Below are positions 8,501-17,444 of a stretch of 64,000 nucleotides of DNA, piece by piece. The notes beneath the pieces were generated by a model. The model had not been told where the DNA came from and did no database searches. It saw only the letters and a list, made by a program, of their open reading frames with translations. Positions within the stretch are counted from its first letter, which is position 1. Each line of letters opens with the position of its first letter. The position numbers were made by a program, and so were the translations under genes. This DNA comes from a virus. The stretch is taken from the IMG/VR virus record IMGVR_UViG_3300034520_000378. One strand, 5' to 3'.

Positions 8501-10357
8501 CATGGCATCAAAGCGGTCATCAATGGAACGCAGAGCACCCAAAACCTCCCATACAGTGCGGAATTCCTCGTTTTTATCGAGCTGTTCTGCCGCATCGCGC
8601 TTAGGGTCTACTATAATGGGAAGTATAACATAACCGTAACGTTTCCCGGGAGCTTTCCGCATAACACGACCAACAGCCTGTACGACGTCAACCACACTTC
8701 TGCGAGGCTTGAGGAAAACTACAGCATCAAGAGCAGGCACATCAATTCCCTCTGTAAGCACTTTTGCATTAGAAAGCACACGCGTCTCGCCAGGTCCAGG
8801 CTCGTCCCTTAGCCAGTCCAGATACGCCTTACGCTGCGTCGCACTCATGGAACCGTCAATATGGCGCACTTCAAACCTGCGAAATTCGCCTTCACTACCA
8901 GTGGCCTCATAGTAGGCCTCAGTAGTCTTTACGAAGTATTCGGAGAACTTTTTTGAGTCAGCAATGCGCCCTGCAAAAACCACCGCTCTTTTCAGTGGAG
9001 GAATGGATTCATTCTTAATGCGCCCGCTTAGAGCGTTCCATACACCGACTATCTTAGCTGCCCATTCGAGTTGCGGCGCATCTTCGTAGTTAAGGAAATC
9101 AAAAAGCCTCCGCTGTACCGCGGCTTCATTGATTGTAAAGACTACGACCTTGTAATCACTAAGTACATTGTCATCTACAGCCTGCCCAAAGCCGTAACGG
9201 AAAAACTCCTCCCCGTATGTCCTTTCATCATCCATTGTGAAGTATTTATAACCTAGTTCTTCCAATCTCTCCCTAATCCGAGGCACAAATACCCGTGGAG
9301 TAGCCGTCATATAAAGCCTTTTTGCTCCCCGTATTATTTCATTATCATGCACTTTGTGGTAGTATGATGCTTCCTCGTCCTGCATTACACCGGTGGTGCG
9401 GTGAGCCTCATCAGCAATGATAAGGTTAAATTCAGGCAGCCCCAGTTTCTGCGCCTCCGCAACCACGTCAATGGAGTGATACGTGGAAACAATTACTGTC
9501 ATCTTGCCCTGGCTGGGTTTCCCGGCATCAGCAGCAAGTATAGCAGGATCGGTCGTCGGAGGAATTGAAAGCACCGTCGTTTGGTCGATAGAATCTTCAT
9601 CGCGGCCTACCGTATAATCGGAGGTAACAGCGTAAACACGTAACGGCAATTCTGTATCCATAAGCCATGCTCTAAGCGTTTGTTCTACTAAGGCAATGGA
9701 TGGAGCAAGAAACAGCACATACCCACCTGACCCAACAAGTCTTTCTGCTATCTTTAAGGCTACGAAAGTCTTGCCAGAACCGGGAGGCATAATAAGCTTG
9801 CCGCGGTCACTACGGCTGAACCCTTTTATTACCGCTTCAACGGCGTTCTGTTGATAAGGACGTAACTCTTTCTTCGGCAAGAGAGGAAGCTCTTCGGGGT
9901 TATTCCAGTCAAATTTGTCCCAGTCAATAGAACTCTCTAGCATAGTTGATAAAGATACAATAACTACAGGCTTTTCCTGATGCTCTAATGCCTGCTCTGC
10001 AGTACTGCTTAGAGGAGCTGTGGTAACAATCATACGATAACTGAACTCTCTACGTCCCGAAAGAGCAAGAAACGTAGATATGTCTTGAAAGCTAATTTGC
10101 TTGCTATGAAACTTCGCTTGAATGGCCCATAAAGCGCCGCTCTCACGTTCTTCTGCTACAAGGTCAATGCCGGAATCAATCTCACTACCACGTCCAGGCC
10201 ATTCAGACCAGCGCCATACATTTGAGAACAACTGGCCGTAGTAGCTGTCACGACGAAGATACGCCGCAACAAAACGCTCAAAAAGCTCGCCTTGTTCACG
10301 TTTAGTCTTTGCAACTGTCCGTAGACGGGAAAGAATCTTCTCGATACTACCACTCAT
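5591..10357 (-). CDS. Type ISP restriction-modification enzyme (LlaGI/LlaBIII family: Mrr-like nuclease, SF2 helicase, adenine methyltransferase, TRD)
   Basis: 1588 aa; GIDLVA..AIQAK nuclease, GSGKT and DEAH helicase motifs, EPFAGTGTF and NPPW methyltransferase motifs, C-terminal YVVNGKPAIEWVMERY. Confidence 0.92.
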   Translation of the reverse strand: MSGSIEKILSRLRTVAKTKREQGELFERFVAAYLRRDSYYGQLFSNVWRWSEWPGRGSEIDSGIDLVAEERESGALWAIQAKFHSKQISFQDISTFLALSGRREFSYRMIVTTAPLSSTAEQALEHQEKPVVIVSLSTMLESSIDWDKFDWNNPEELPLLPKKELRPYQQNAVEAVIKGFSRSDRGKLIMPPGSGKTFVALKIAERLVGSGGYVLFLAPSIALVEQTLRAWLMDTELPLRVYAVTSDYTVGRDEDSIDQTTVLSIPPTTDPAILAADAGKPSQGKMTVIVSTYHSIDVVAEAQKLGLPEFNLIIADEAHRTTGVMQDEEASYYHKVHDNEIIRGAKRLYMTATPRVFVPRIRERLEELGYKYFTMDDERTYGEEFFRYGFGQAVDDNVLSDYKVVVFTINEAAVQRRLFDFLNYEDAPQLEWAAKIVGVWNALSGRIKNESIPPLKRAVVFAGRIADSKKFSEYFVKTTEAYYEATGSEGEFRRFEVRHIDGSMSATQRKAYLDWLRDEPGPGETRVLSNAKVLTEGIDVPALDAVVFLKPRRSVVDVVQAVGRVMRKAPGKRYGYVILPIIVDPKRDAAEQLDKNEEFRTVWEVLGALRSIDDRFDAMVRELHIRRTHNKGGRDQTIYTDDDVIVIASGGEQLSFDFEDELYDAILGRMVERVGERAYLETWAKDVASATARLERHIADALQHDGEYGRKTREAFAGFLAALRSIINPSITEEEARGMLVQHIVTKPIFDAIFDEYEFLKENPIARSFDSLASIFEVFVDRETQALKEFYRLIKVRARGLDKEAERQDFLRQLYDTFFKIAFPKTADRLGIVYTPVEVVDFLVKSTEAVLQAEFGTSLSDENVVILEPFAGTGTFLVRLMYQLYQIAPEALVRKYCAGEIWGNEILLLPYYIALANIESTYYELTGEHVPFRNLLLVDSFQLMESRSAVQISIFPEQYTELMEKQKKARINVIISNPPWFAWQEDENLGNKAVKYPRLDRKIRQTYAAHSAARLKIALYDSYIRAIRMATDRIEDKGIIAFVTNSGFLDGAAANGLRKCLADEFAKIYVLNLRGNARLSGEAWRREGGKIFGQGSRAGVALLILVKDKSKTGQAEIYYHDIGDYLSREEKLARLQAYGDIRGVAWKRIVPNSVHDWINQRSEDFETFPEIRSKDSSPRAKNVIFIEYSTGVSTSRDTWAYNFSQEVLKENMMRTIEEFNRHVDLVISGLITRENLESMINNDHRRIAWSSSLKSAIFRRKKYTFQEAGEIRNAVYRPFVKINIYFSRIFNDRTSSQHKIFPEPGIENIAITVRAPGSSKEFSTLIVNHIPDLHLIGDIQVFPLYIYERVTESTNQNISIFDNHPDSEVITTPSGNRYIRNENITDWALEEYRKRYGGDVTKEDIFYYIYGLLHSSEYRERYRNDLKKVLPRIPFVSSAGDFWAFSNAGRRLAELHLNYETVEPWPLKEEIKGDPNDLVTYKVSKMRFRKTRDRQDDKTTIIYNENITLSGIPLEAYEYVVNGKPAIEWVMERYQVSRDRKSGIINDPNKWLEEQDNPRYIIDLIKRLVRVSVETMKIIEGLPPLDIA

Positions 10358-10375
10358 AAAAATACCTCCTGCTTC

Positions 10376-10777
10376 TTAAAACATCAGGGTGCTTTTATAA
10401 ACTCTATCTTGCCTATAGTCATCGTCCCATTGAACTTCTATTTCAAATGGCGGACTACAATCATGTGAGATTCCCAAAGGGAAACTCACTTGCGAAGTAG
10501 GTCCAATATACGAAGGGATGGTCATCCCCTTCAAAAACGCACAATGATCTTCGATTGGCACCCCGTTTAGTTTAATTCGAATATTACGCGCTTCCGCTTT
10601 ACCGGAATTAACTAAGAGCAGTCGATCGCTTTTGCCCACTTTTATCAGTATCGCATATAAATTTGCTTGAAGCAATTCAATTCTCCTATCGCGTTCTCGC
10701 TTCCAGAATGCAATAATGGAAACAACTAAGGTACAAAATGAAATCAGCAAACTGCCCCACGAAACAAAGTCACTCAT
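10376..10777 (-). CDS. hypothetical protein with N-terminal TM anchor
   Basis: 133-aa ORF, GGAGG RBS, hydrophobic residues 6-25. Confidence 0.7.
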   Translation of the reverse strand: MSDFVSWGSLLISFCTLVVSIIAFWKRERDRRIELLQANLYAILIKVGKSDRLLLVNSGKAEARNIRIKLNGVPIEDHCAFLKGMTIPSYIGPTSQVSFPLGISHDCSPPFEIEVQWDDDYRQDRVYKSTLMF

Positions 10778-10818
10778 TAGTTTGCCTCCTCTACAATCTT
10801 CTAGGCTTTTTCAGGTCA

Positions 10819-11745
10819 TTACGGCTTACACACCTTACATGGCTCATATCCCGCCTTTATTGCTTCCTCACGTGACTTAAAGTATACTCTATTCCCTGGC
10901 GCTATCTTTTTGGCCCACTGACAGTCCGGGAAATGAAACTTCTTGCTGTTTTTATTCCCTATATAAGAGGCCGATGCTTTGTTGGAAGACTCAGACTCTT
11001 CTTTTATCTCCAACCCCCAGAGCCCCGCATTTTTCTCCCTAGCTTCTTGCTGATATGTCCTGAAATACTCAGCATACTTCACATTCGGCGGCACCGTCAT
11101 GACCTGTGCATAACCTTCCAGCAGAAGCATCGCATTAAACATCTTTGTCCTTACTTCTTCGTCGCTTTCCTTTATTGGCGGCGAAAGCCATATGTACGCT
11201 AAAAGCCTGCCATACTTGTCTCTCTCCTGCACGTCAAGTTCGAGCCACACATCCTTGTTAAGGAGTTTTGATTTCGTATAAGCAGCTGCTTCCTTGCCGT
11301 AGGGCTCTACCTGTGTGGTACTTTCCGGTGTGTCTACACCGATGAACCGTACCTTTTCTTCTTTGCCATTCTCTAGCTTGATGTATACAGTGTCACCATC
11401 TACTACTTTCATTACTCTAGCCTTGATAAGATTAACTCCTGTATTCTTAGTATTTCCTGCTGTTGAAGAAGGCACGGTTTTACTTTCTTCCTTTGAGTTT
11501 GCTCCATCCTTTGCTGTAGGCTGCTGGATAGGCGCCGAAAATGAAACCGCATCATTCTGATGGTTGGATTCGGAGATTACTGCAGTACTACTCCGCTGAA
11601 CGGATTCCTCCAGCTCCGCCGCTTTGTCATTTGCGGAAGCAGAGGGCGGCACTGTTCCGCTACTGCTACATCCTGCAAGCGCCAGGATTATTATTAGAAC
11701 CAACAGAACGGTTATATTACCAGTATTCGCCTTATTCACCCTCAA
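10819..11745 (-). CDS. thermonuclease (SNase) lipoprotein with C-terminal Ada-like metal-binding domain
   Basis: lipobox LAGC; VVDGDT, VRFIGVDTPE, DKYGRLLAY motifs; FHFPDC..GYEPCKVCKP; start reassigned to TTG 11745 after GGAGG. Confidence 0.88.
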   Translation of the reverse strand: MRVNKANTGNITVLLVLIIILALAGCSSSGTVPPSASANDKAAELEESVQRSSTAVISESNHQNDAVSFSAPIQQPTAKDGANSKEESKTVPSSTAGNTKNTGVNLIKARVMKVVDGDTVYIKLENGKEEKVRFIGVDTPESTTQVEPYGKEAAAYTKSKLLNKDVWLELDVQERDKYGRLLAYIWLSPPIKESDEEVRTKMFNAMLLLEGYAQVMTVPPNVKYAEYFRTYQQEAREKNAGLWGLEIKEESESSNKASASYIGNKNSKKFHFPDCQWAKKIAPGNRVYFKSREEAIKAGYEPCKVCKP

Positions 11746-12008
11746 GGCCTTCCTCCCCCCTCCTTCTAGAGCACTAAAGAACTTCTCACCGTACACTACG
11801 CAACTTGCCTCTTCGTGTTCAGAAATCTTTCCCACACTCTTCATACACTTCATCGCCCCATATGCCCCGCCATTTATCTAAATACTCCTTTATCCAACCT
11901 TGCAAACCAACTGATCTCGTCATCCCAGCGGTATGGTCAAAAATACTTATTCCTCATAATCCATTCTCCTTTCTACGGGCCTTAAGTATCATTAAACAGT
12001 CGCCTCTT

Positions 12009-13571
12009 TTAACCTGCGCCCGGGGTTCTGCTTTTATCGAAAGAAAACCGTCTCGGGCCCGGTAGTTGAGGCGTTACCTCTTTTACTTCTATCGCAGGTT
12101 GTGCGCCTCTACCGCTAAAAATCCTCTCGATAAAGCTAGAAACTTTAACTACCGCGTTAACTGCAGCGTTTAAAATAGCCTTGCCAAGTGTATTCTCCTT
12201 CATATCTAACCCAAGCTTATAGGCTTCTGCCTTAAGCTTTTCGGCACATTCGTTCGCCCTTTTCATAGCTGCTATCAGCGGCGGATAATTGAATGGGTTT
12301 TTACTCAACCACATGCAATACTCCATTCCAGGCTTGTAAAACCCGTTTTCCCATCCTTCCCTTCTGTAATACTTCTCCATTACCTGTTTGGCCCGTTCAA
12401 TCTCGCTCAGTAAGTTCTTACGCATCTCCTCTGCACGCCTGCGTATTTCCTCGTATAAAAGTCTCCGCCTGGTCGGCCATAACCAGTTCCAGAAACTGAT
12501 CTTCAACTTCCGCCTTGCCCGTTCTGCCTTTCTGTCAATCGCTTTTATCCTCTCATTAATGGCATCCGGCACAACGCTTACTACCTTGAACACTGCTTCA
12601 TTGAACTCTCTTTTTGCCTCTTCAAATGCTGCCATACGCATACGTCTTGCCAACCCTCTCCCCGCCTTGGCACCAAAGAAAGCTCCTAAAACAGCTCCTA
12701 CAGCCGCACCAAATGGACCAAGAACTGCCCCTCCCAAGGCTACACCAATCTTACTTCCTATATATCCGCCTCCTCCAACGGCTATTGTGTCACGCATCAC
12801 ATTGACAGCTGCCTCGCCTACGCTAATGCGCCCGTTTAACAACAGATTGCCTTCCCGGATAGCTGCTAAAGCAAGGGTTACCAGAGGGATGTGAATACCG
12901 CCATCACCGAGTCTGTCTACCCCATGAATAGTATCCTTTACATGCCTTGCTACTTCATCATGGTGCAGATCGTGATCCACTATGACATTATCATTGCCAT
13001 CAAAATAGTGTGCCATTTCCGCATTTACAATTACAGGTATGTCATGAAACTTGTCCAAATGTTCCCGAATAAGATCAGGATCCATAACACATTTTACCTG
13101 GACCGGATGTCCGTCAACCAATATATCCCATCCTTCTTGATTGGGAATATCAGCAAACTCTACTATATGCCCCTGAGCAGCAAGATGGGCCGCTACAATC
13201 CTTTCCGCCGTATATCCCTCTAATCGTTCCATGGCGCCAGCAATAGACGCCTCTGCCCCTGATAGAAAATGGTCATGCACGTATCTGCTTATTTCGTTAA
13301 AAGTATCCAAATCAAGCTTGCTGGAAAAGTCCATTGCCTCCAGCACACTATCATCTATCATAGCCAGAGCGTGAAACATGTCATAGGCCGTAACCACTCC
13401 GGCAGCAACAGCATCAACATCGCCAACCTGCTTGATAAGAGAGTTAAAGCTCTTGCTTACCTCATCCCCCACTTTAATCTCTGTTCTCAACTCCCTATCA
13501 AGCACCCGCCAGCGCCATCGCCTTATTACTGCAAACACTACAATAGACCCTGCAAGTAGCAAAAGAACCAC
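12009..13571 (-). CDS. membrane protein with glycine zipper, coiled coil and possible PD-(D/E)xK-like motif
   Basis: 520 aa; N-terminal TM, E..GWDILVDGHPVQVK, GxxxG-rich segment. Confidence 0.7.
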   Translation of the reverse strand: MVLLLLAGSIVVFAVIRRWRWRVLDRELRTEIKVGDEVSKSFNSLIKQVGDVDAVAAGVVTAYDMFHALAMIDDSVLEAMDFSSKLDLDTFNEISRYVHDHFLSGAEASIAGAMERLEGYTAERIVAAHLAAQGHIVEFADIPNQEGWDILVDGHPVQVKCVMDPDLIREHLDKFHDIPVIVNAEMAHYFDGNDNVIVDHDLHHDEVARHVKDTIHGVDRLGDGGIHIPLVTLALAAIREGNLLLNGRISVGEAAVNVMRDTIAVGGGGYIGSKIGVALGGAVLGPFGAAVGAVLGAFFGAKAGRGLARRMRMAAFEEAKREFNEAVFKVVSVVPDAINERIKAIDRKAERARRKLKISFWNWLWPTRRRLLYEEIRRRAEEMRKNLLSEIERAKQVMEKYYRREGWENGFYKPGMEYCMWLSKNPFNYPPLIAAMKRANECAEKLKAEAYKLGLDMKENTLGKAILNAAVNAVVKVSSFIERIFSGRGAQPAIEVKEVTPQLPGPRRFSFDKSRTPGAG

Positions 13572-13610
13572 ACATATACCCCCTCCCGGATCCTAATGTG
13601 GTACATTACA

Positions 13611-13640
13611 TTATTCTACACTGATAGTCATTTTCCTCCT
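13611..13640 (-). promoter_or_regulatory. sigmaH-like promoter heading the leftward cargo block
   Basis: GGAGGAAAA-N11-GTAGAATAA. Confidence 0.65.
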
Positions 13641-14067
13641 GTTCAGAACAGAATTCGGAATGAACACAAGACAGCGTAAAAGTGAACTTGTATGAGCGAA
13701 ATCATGAAGAACCGGAAAGCTAGAGGTGGCAGGACTTAAAGTGCGTATAAACCCTGCAGAACATGGAAGTCACGCCTAAAGGATAATTTGTGCGGGAGAA
13801 ATCCCGAAGGGCAGGATGCTGAAGACAGCAGCGCGCTAAAGGGGATTTTGCACGGACGAAATCCTGAGGGGGCCACCTCTCTCATCACATCGTTTCTCGC
13901 CCGTTTTGGCCCCCTCCCCCTTTGTTACCCCTCCCTCCCTGCTTCCACCTTCCTCCTCCTCGCACCACCGCTCCGCTCCCTCTAGTTGTGTGGGTGCAAT
14001 AAATCATCCCCCGTTGACAGTCCGTTGAGCCGTGCGGCGGGCCGAGGGGGCAGAGGAGGTGGTTAGC

Positions 14068-14572
14068 ATGGCAGTCAGGTTTTCAGCTGTTGTTAGTGAG
14101 TTGAGGGAGGCAGGGTACATACCCGAGGGCATCGAGGTGTTTGTGGGGTCTCCGTGGGGCCCATCGGCGGTGCTGCCCCTGGAGTGCACCCGGGAGGAAA
14201 GAGAGTTTATGGAGCTCCAGGTGGGGATTCACCTGCCGGATGAGCTGGACCCCGAGGGCTGGGGGGGAAGACGCGCAGTTGGAGCTGCAGCTCCTCCGCG
14301 ACAAGCTTACCCAAGCCGGTCTACCCGATGACGACCTAGCGTTAGCCAGGTTCTTCGTGCTCCACGAGGTTGGCCACTGGGTCCACTTCATACAGGAAGG
14401 CGAGCTTCCCTTTGCAGAGGACCTTATCCTCCGCCTTGGGCTCCTCGTCGATGCAGAGGAGCAGGGCTGGAGCGATGAAGAGGCGGCCCGTCAGTATAGG
14501 CAGCTGCCAGTGGAGGTGCGGGCAGGCGCCTATACCTTGGAACAACTGAAACAGCTGTACGGGCGGAGCTGA
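14068..14572 (+). pseudogene. HExxH zinc metallopeptidase (ImmA/IrrE-like) frameshifted in a G7 run
   Basis: ATG 14068 with GGAGGTGG RBS; removing one G at 14261-14267 joins to frame containing FFVLHEVGHWVH..E.RA. Confidence 0.65.
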
Positions 14573-14676
14573 AACAAGGCTCCGCCTTTTCTTGTTTTGC
14601 TGGTGAAATAAAACAACCCCGATGAAAGCTCACTCTAGCATGCGGTGAGCTGAGGGGATGTAAGGAGGTGATTAGC

Positions 14677-15045
14677 ATGCTGAAGATGATTCCTGATGTC
14701 GATACAAAAGCGCTGGAGGCGGTTATTGTCCGTCTCGCAGCTAGGATCAAACAGAAAGGAGATTGGCCGGTAGAGCCGACTATTGCCGAGTGGAAAGGCT
14801 TCCGGCTCTGGGCGGGAGTCACGCCGAGGCAGGGGTTCCGGCGGGTCGTTATTACCCCGTCCGGCAAGGCGTCCTGGGCGGTCACGTTAATCGACGCCAA
14901 CCCCGCCAAAGTAAGGCAAGCCGAACACAAGGTCATGGTGTACCTCACCATTGGCCTGAGGCAGGTCGTCGGCCAGGTCGACTTCAGCGGCCGGCGCCCC
15001 CTGCTCAGATGGTTCGGAGATCGAAAGGAGGTGAAAGCATGCTGA
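14677..15045 (+). CDS. hypothetical protein
   Basis: AAGGAGGTG RBS, ORF. Confidence 0.7.
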   Translation: MLKMIPDVDTKALEAVIVRLAARIKQKGDWPVEPTIAEWKGFRLWAGVTPRQGFRRVVITPSGKASWAVTLIDANPAKVRQAEHKVMVYLTIGLRQVVGQVDFSGRRPLLRWFGDRKEVKAC

Positions 15046-15197
15046 AGAAGTACACGATCAGAAAGGGCAGCCTGGCCTGGTGGATCTCCAAGCTGCTGCC
15101 CTGGCTCGGATTGGCGCTCTTCCTCGTGGTCCTGGGGCTTATCGGCCACGAGGAGCTGAGCATTTATTGTCAGCGGCATTACCTGCCACTGCCGTAA
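15039..15197 (+). CDS. small membrane protein (52 aa)
   Basis: AAGGAGGTG RBS, single TM helix, followed by terminator-like hairpin. Confidence 0.65.
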   Translation: MLKKYTIRKGSLAWWISKLLPWLGLALFLVVLGLIGHEELSIYCQRHYLPLP

Positions 15198-15355
15198 GGG
15201 AGGGGACGCACTGTCTCCTCCCTTTTCTTGTTTGTCACACAGAAGAGCTGAATGGGACCGGCCGCTGCTCCGCATCCCCCTAGCTCTCCGGGTGAATAAA
15301 CTGCCCCGTCCCGCTTCCCCATGCGGCGGCACGGGGAATGAAGGAGGTGACAAGC

Positions 15356-15847
15356 ATGGGTTGCTTTGAAGCGCGCATGTGGCTTCAGCAGTTCTGGGAC
15401 CGGCATGGCCGGCTCCCACAGACTCAAGAGGTACCCATCGAGCACAGCCGGTACCTCCGCGGTTTCAAGGTCGTCCCGGTCGGCTGGGAGTTCGAGCTCC
15501 GGCTTGCCAGTGCCCTTGCCGACCTAGGGCTGTATGTCTACCCCTACAGCCCCGAACAGGACAGACAGGGGGTAGATATCTCGTTCGAGCTGGGCGACTA
15601 CATCGTCGACCTCCAGCTCAAAGCATGCAGGCCGTACCTCAATGTCGAGCTCCTTGGCTGGCACTGGCGCTCCCCATATGTGTTGGTCGAGGCACCCTAC
15701 CGCGGTGGCGAGCTCCTCACCGCAGAGGTGGAAGCAATCGTAGGCCGCCTACTACGACTGCTCGACCTCGACTACACAGTCGTGCCAGCCTGGGCTCCCA
15801 AAACCGTCCTCTGCCGCTCGTGCCGTTCCTACCGCCGTTCTCGTTAG
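15356..15847 (+). CDS. hypothetical protein, possible PD-(D/E)xK nuclease fold
   Basis: RBS; E...QD.QGVDI...VDLQLK pattern. Confidence 0.6.
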   Translation: MGCFEARMWLQQFWDRHGRLPQTQEVPIEHSRYLRGFKVVPVGWEFELRLASALADLGLYVYPYSPEQDRQGVDISFELGDYIVDLQLKACRPYLNVELLGWHWRSPYVLVEAPYRGGELLTAEVEAIVGRLLRLLDLDYTVVPAWAPKTVLCRSCRSYRRSR

Positions 15848-16154
15848 TTATTGTACCACAGGGGAGACAGGAAGTCAAGCCCCCCTCCTGTCTCCCCTGT
15901 TCTTTTTGCCTCCACTGCTCCGCACTGATTTGTTGTTTGGGTGAATTTAGTCTCCGAGCCGCGCCGGTTGGTTGGATGAGCTGGCACCGGGAATACATAA
16001 GCCGGGCCGTAAGTCATGACGTCGCCAGCCGGTCACCTCCTCTTGCGCCGGGAGAGGAGGGAGCGACTCCCTGTAACCCCTTTTGCCAGAAGGGACGCAG
16101 GGAGGGTAATAGCCACGACGGAGAATCAAACAGGCATGAAAGGAGGAGATAACG

Positions 16155-16490
16155 ATGCTGAAGAAAGTGTGGGGCCTGCTCAAGCAAGGTGCCCTCGCCG
16201 TGGCTAAGGCAGTCATGAAAGTTGCTGCTTTCCTGTACAGCCTTGCAACCGCCTTGAAAGCCCGGCTGGCTACCGTCCACCCGCTGCTGCCGGTAGCCAC
16301 AGCACCCGGTGTGGCTTACGCAGCCTATAAGGGCGCCCAGCTGTTTATGGCCTTCTGGGCTATCCTGCTTGCGCTGCCGTTCGGCCTCCTGGGTGCCCAG
16401 GGGCTCGTGAACGCTGTGGTCTTTGTGACCATGCTGCTTGTTCCGTTCACAGTAGCCGGCCTCTTCTTCACCCTGGTGGAGCAGAAGTGA
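16155..16490 (+). CDS. hypothetical membrane protein
   Basis: AGGAGG RBS, hydrophobic C-terminal half. Confidence 0.7.
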   Translation: MLKKVWGLLKQGALAVAKAVMKVAAFLYSLATALKARLATVHPLLPVATAPGVAYAAYKGAQLFMAFWAILLALPFGLLGAQGLVNAVVFVTMLLVPFTVAGLFFTLVEQK

Positions 16491-16506
16491 TCCACTAGGG
16501 TGAAGG

Positions 16507-16693
16507 TGGAACGAACCATACTATGGCTAGATATAGCAGTATGGTATGGTACATCCACATACGTGGAACGAACCAATACTATACTGCTATATCTAGATCC
16601 CTGTTCTGTTAGAAGGGTATATAGAGTACCGTAAGCTAAGAAGCTCATATGAGCTATATAGCTTACGGTATGTTTAGTATGGTTCGTTCCAGG
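16507..16693. repeat. intergenic repeat/palindrome cassette (TGGAACGAACCA x3, nested inverted repeats), locus 1
   Basis: motif at 16507, 16564 and inverted at 16680; palindromic arms 16627-16638/16659-16670. Confidence 0.8.
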
Positions 16694-16809
16694 CCAGCTT
16701 TATTCTATACCCTCGCTCCGCTCGGTTTAGCTGTTTAGGTGACTCTGCCGGACCCGGTGAGGCCGTGTGCGGCCGGTGGAGGCGTCCGGCACAGAAAGGA
16801 GGTGTTAGT

Positions 16810-17346
16810 GTGAATCGGATTGCTATTATTGGCACCCGGCATCCCGCGCCGGAGGCAGCGGAGCTTATCGTCCGGATCGCCCGCGCCTTCCGTGACCTGG
16901 GCTGGACCTTGGTCACAGGCAATGCGGACGGCGTGGACAGCCTGGCGCGGGATGCGTGGAACGAGACAGCGCCGGAGCGCGTGCTGCTGTTCCTGCCGTG
17001 GCGCGGGTACAATGCAGCATACATCCACCCCCGGAACCGCGTGATCGTGTTTGACCCGCAGGTGCACCGGGTGTGGCACGACTCAGTGGCTGTTTACCAT
17101 CCCGCTGCTGAGCGCCTCTCCCCTGGCGCGGTCAAGCTCCACGCCCGCAACTATGGGATCGTGGAGGCGGCCGACGTTGTCATCGCCCTGCCCAACGACA
17201 GTATCGAGGGCGGTGGGACTGGCCAGGGGATCCGGGTGGCTCGGGCGATGGGCAAACCGCTGTTTGTCCTGCCCGGCGACCTGGAGGCGCTCAGACAGTT
17301 TTACCGCCGGGCTCGGGGACTAGCTTTCGTGCCGCACCGGGGCTAG
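16810..17346 (+). CDS. SLOG-superfamily (DprA/Smf-like) protein
   Basis: IAIIGTR, LVTGNADGVD, RN, GGTGQG.RVA..MGKP motifs. Confidence 0.75.
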   Translation: MNRIAIIGTRHPAPEAAELIVRIARAFRDLGWTLVTGNADGVDSLARDAWNETAPERVLLFLPWRGYNAAYIHPRNRVIVFDPQVHRVWHDSVAVYHPAAERLSPGAVKLHARNYGIVEAADVVIALPNDSIEGGGTGQGIRVARAMGKPLFVLPGDLEALRQFYRRARGLAFVPHRG

Positions 17347-17444
17347 TCTCCTCTCGTAAAGCCCAGTGCCCCCACGGGTGTCTCTACTGCTATTGGAAGG
17401 CGTAGAGGCCCCGTCGGGGCTTTTTTGTTGTACTCCCCTCTCCC

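Noticed and set aside
14424-16152. Long alternative ORFs 14424..15419(-) and 15379..16152(+), and most short antisense ORFs in the track
   Set aside because: They overlap RBS-supported genes and have the low-complexity Arg/Pro/Ser composition typical of GC-rich shadow frames.
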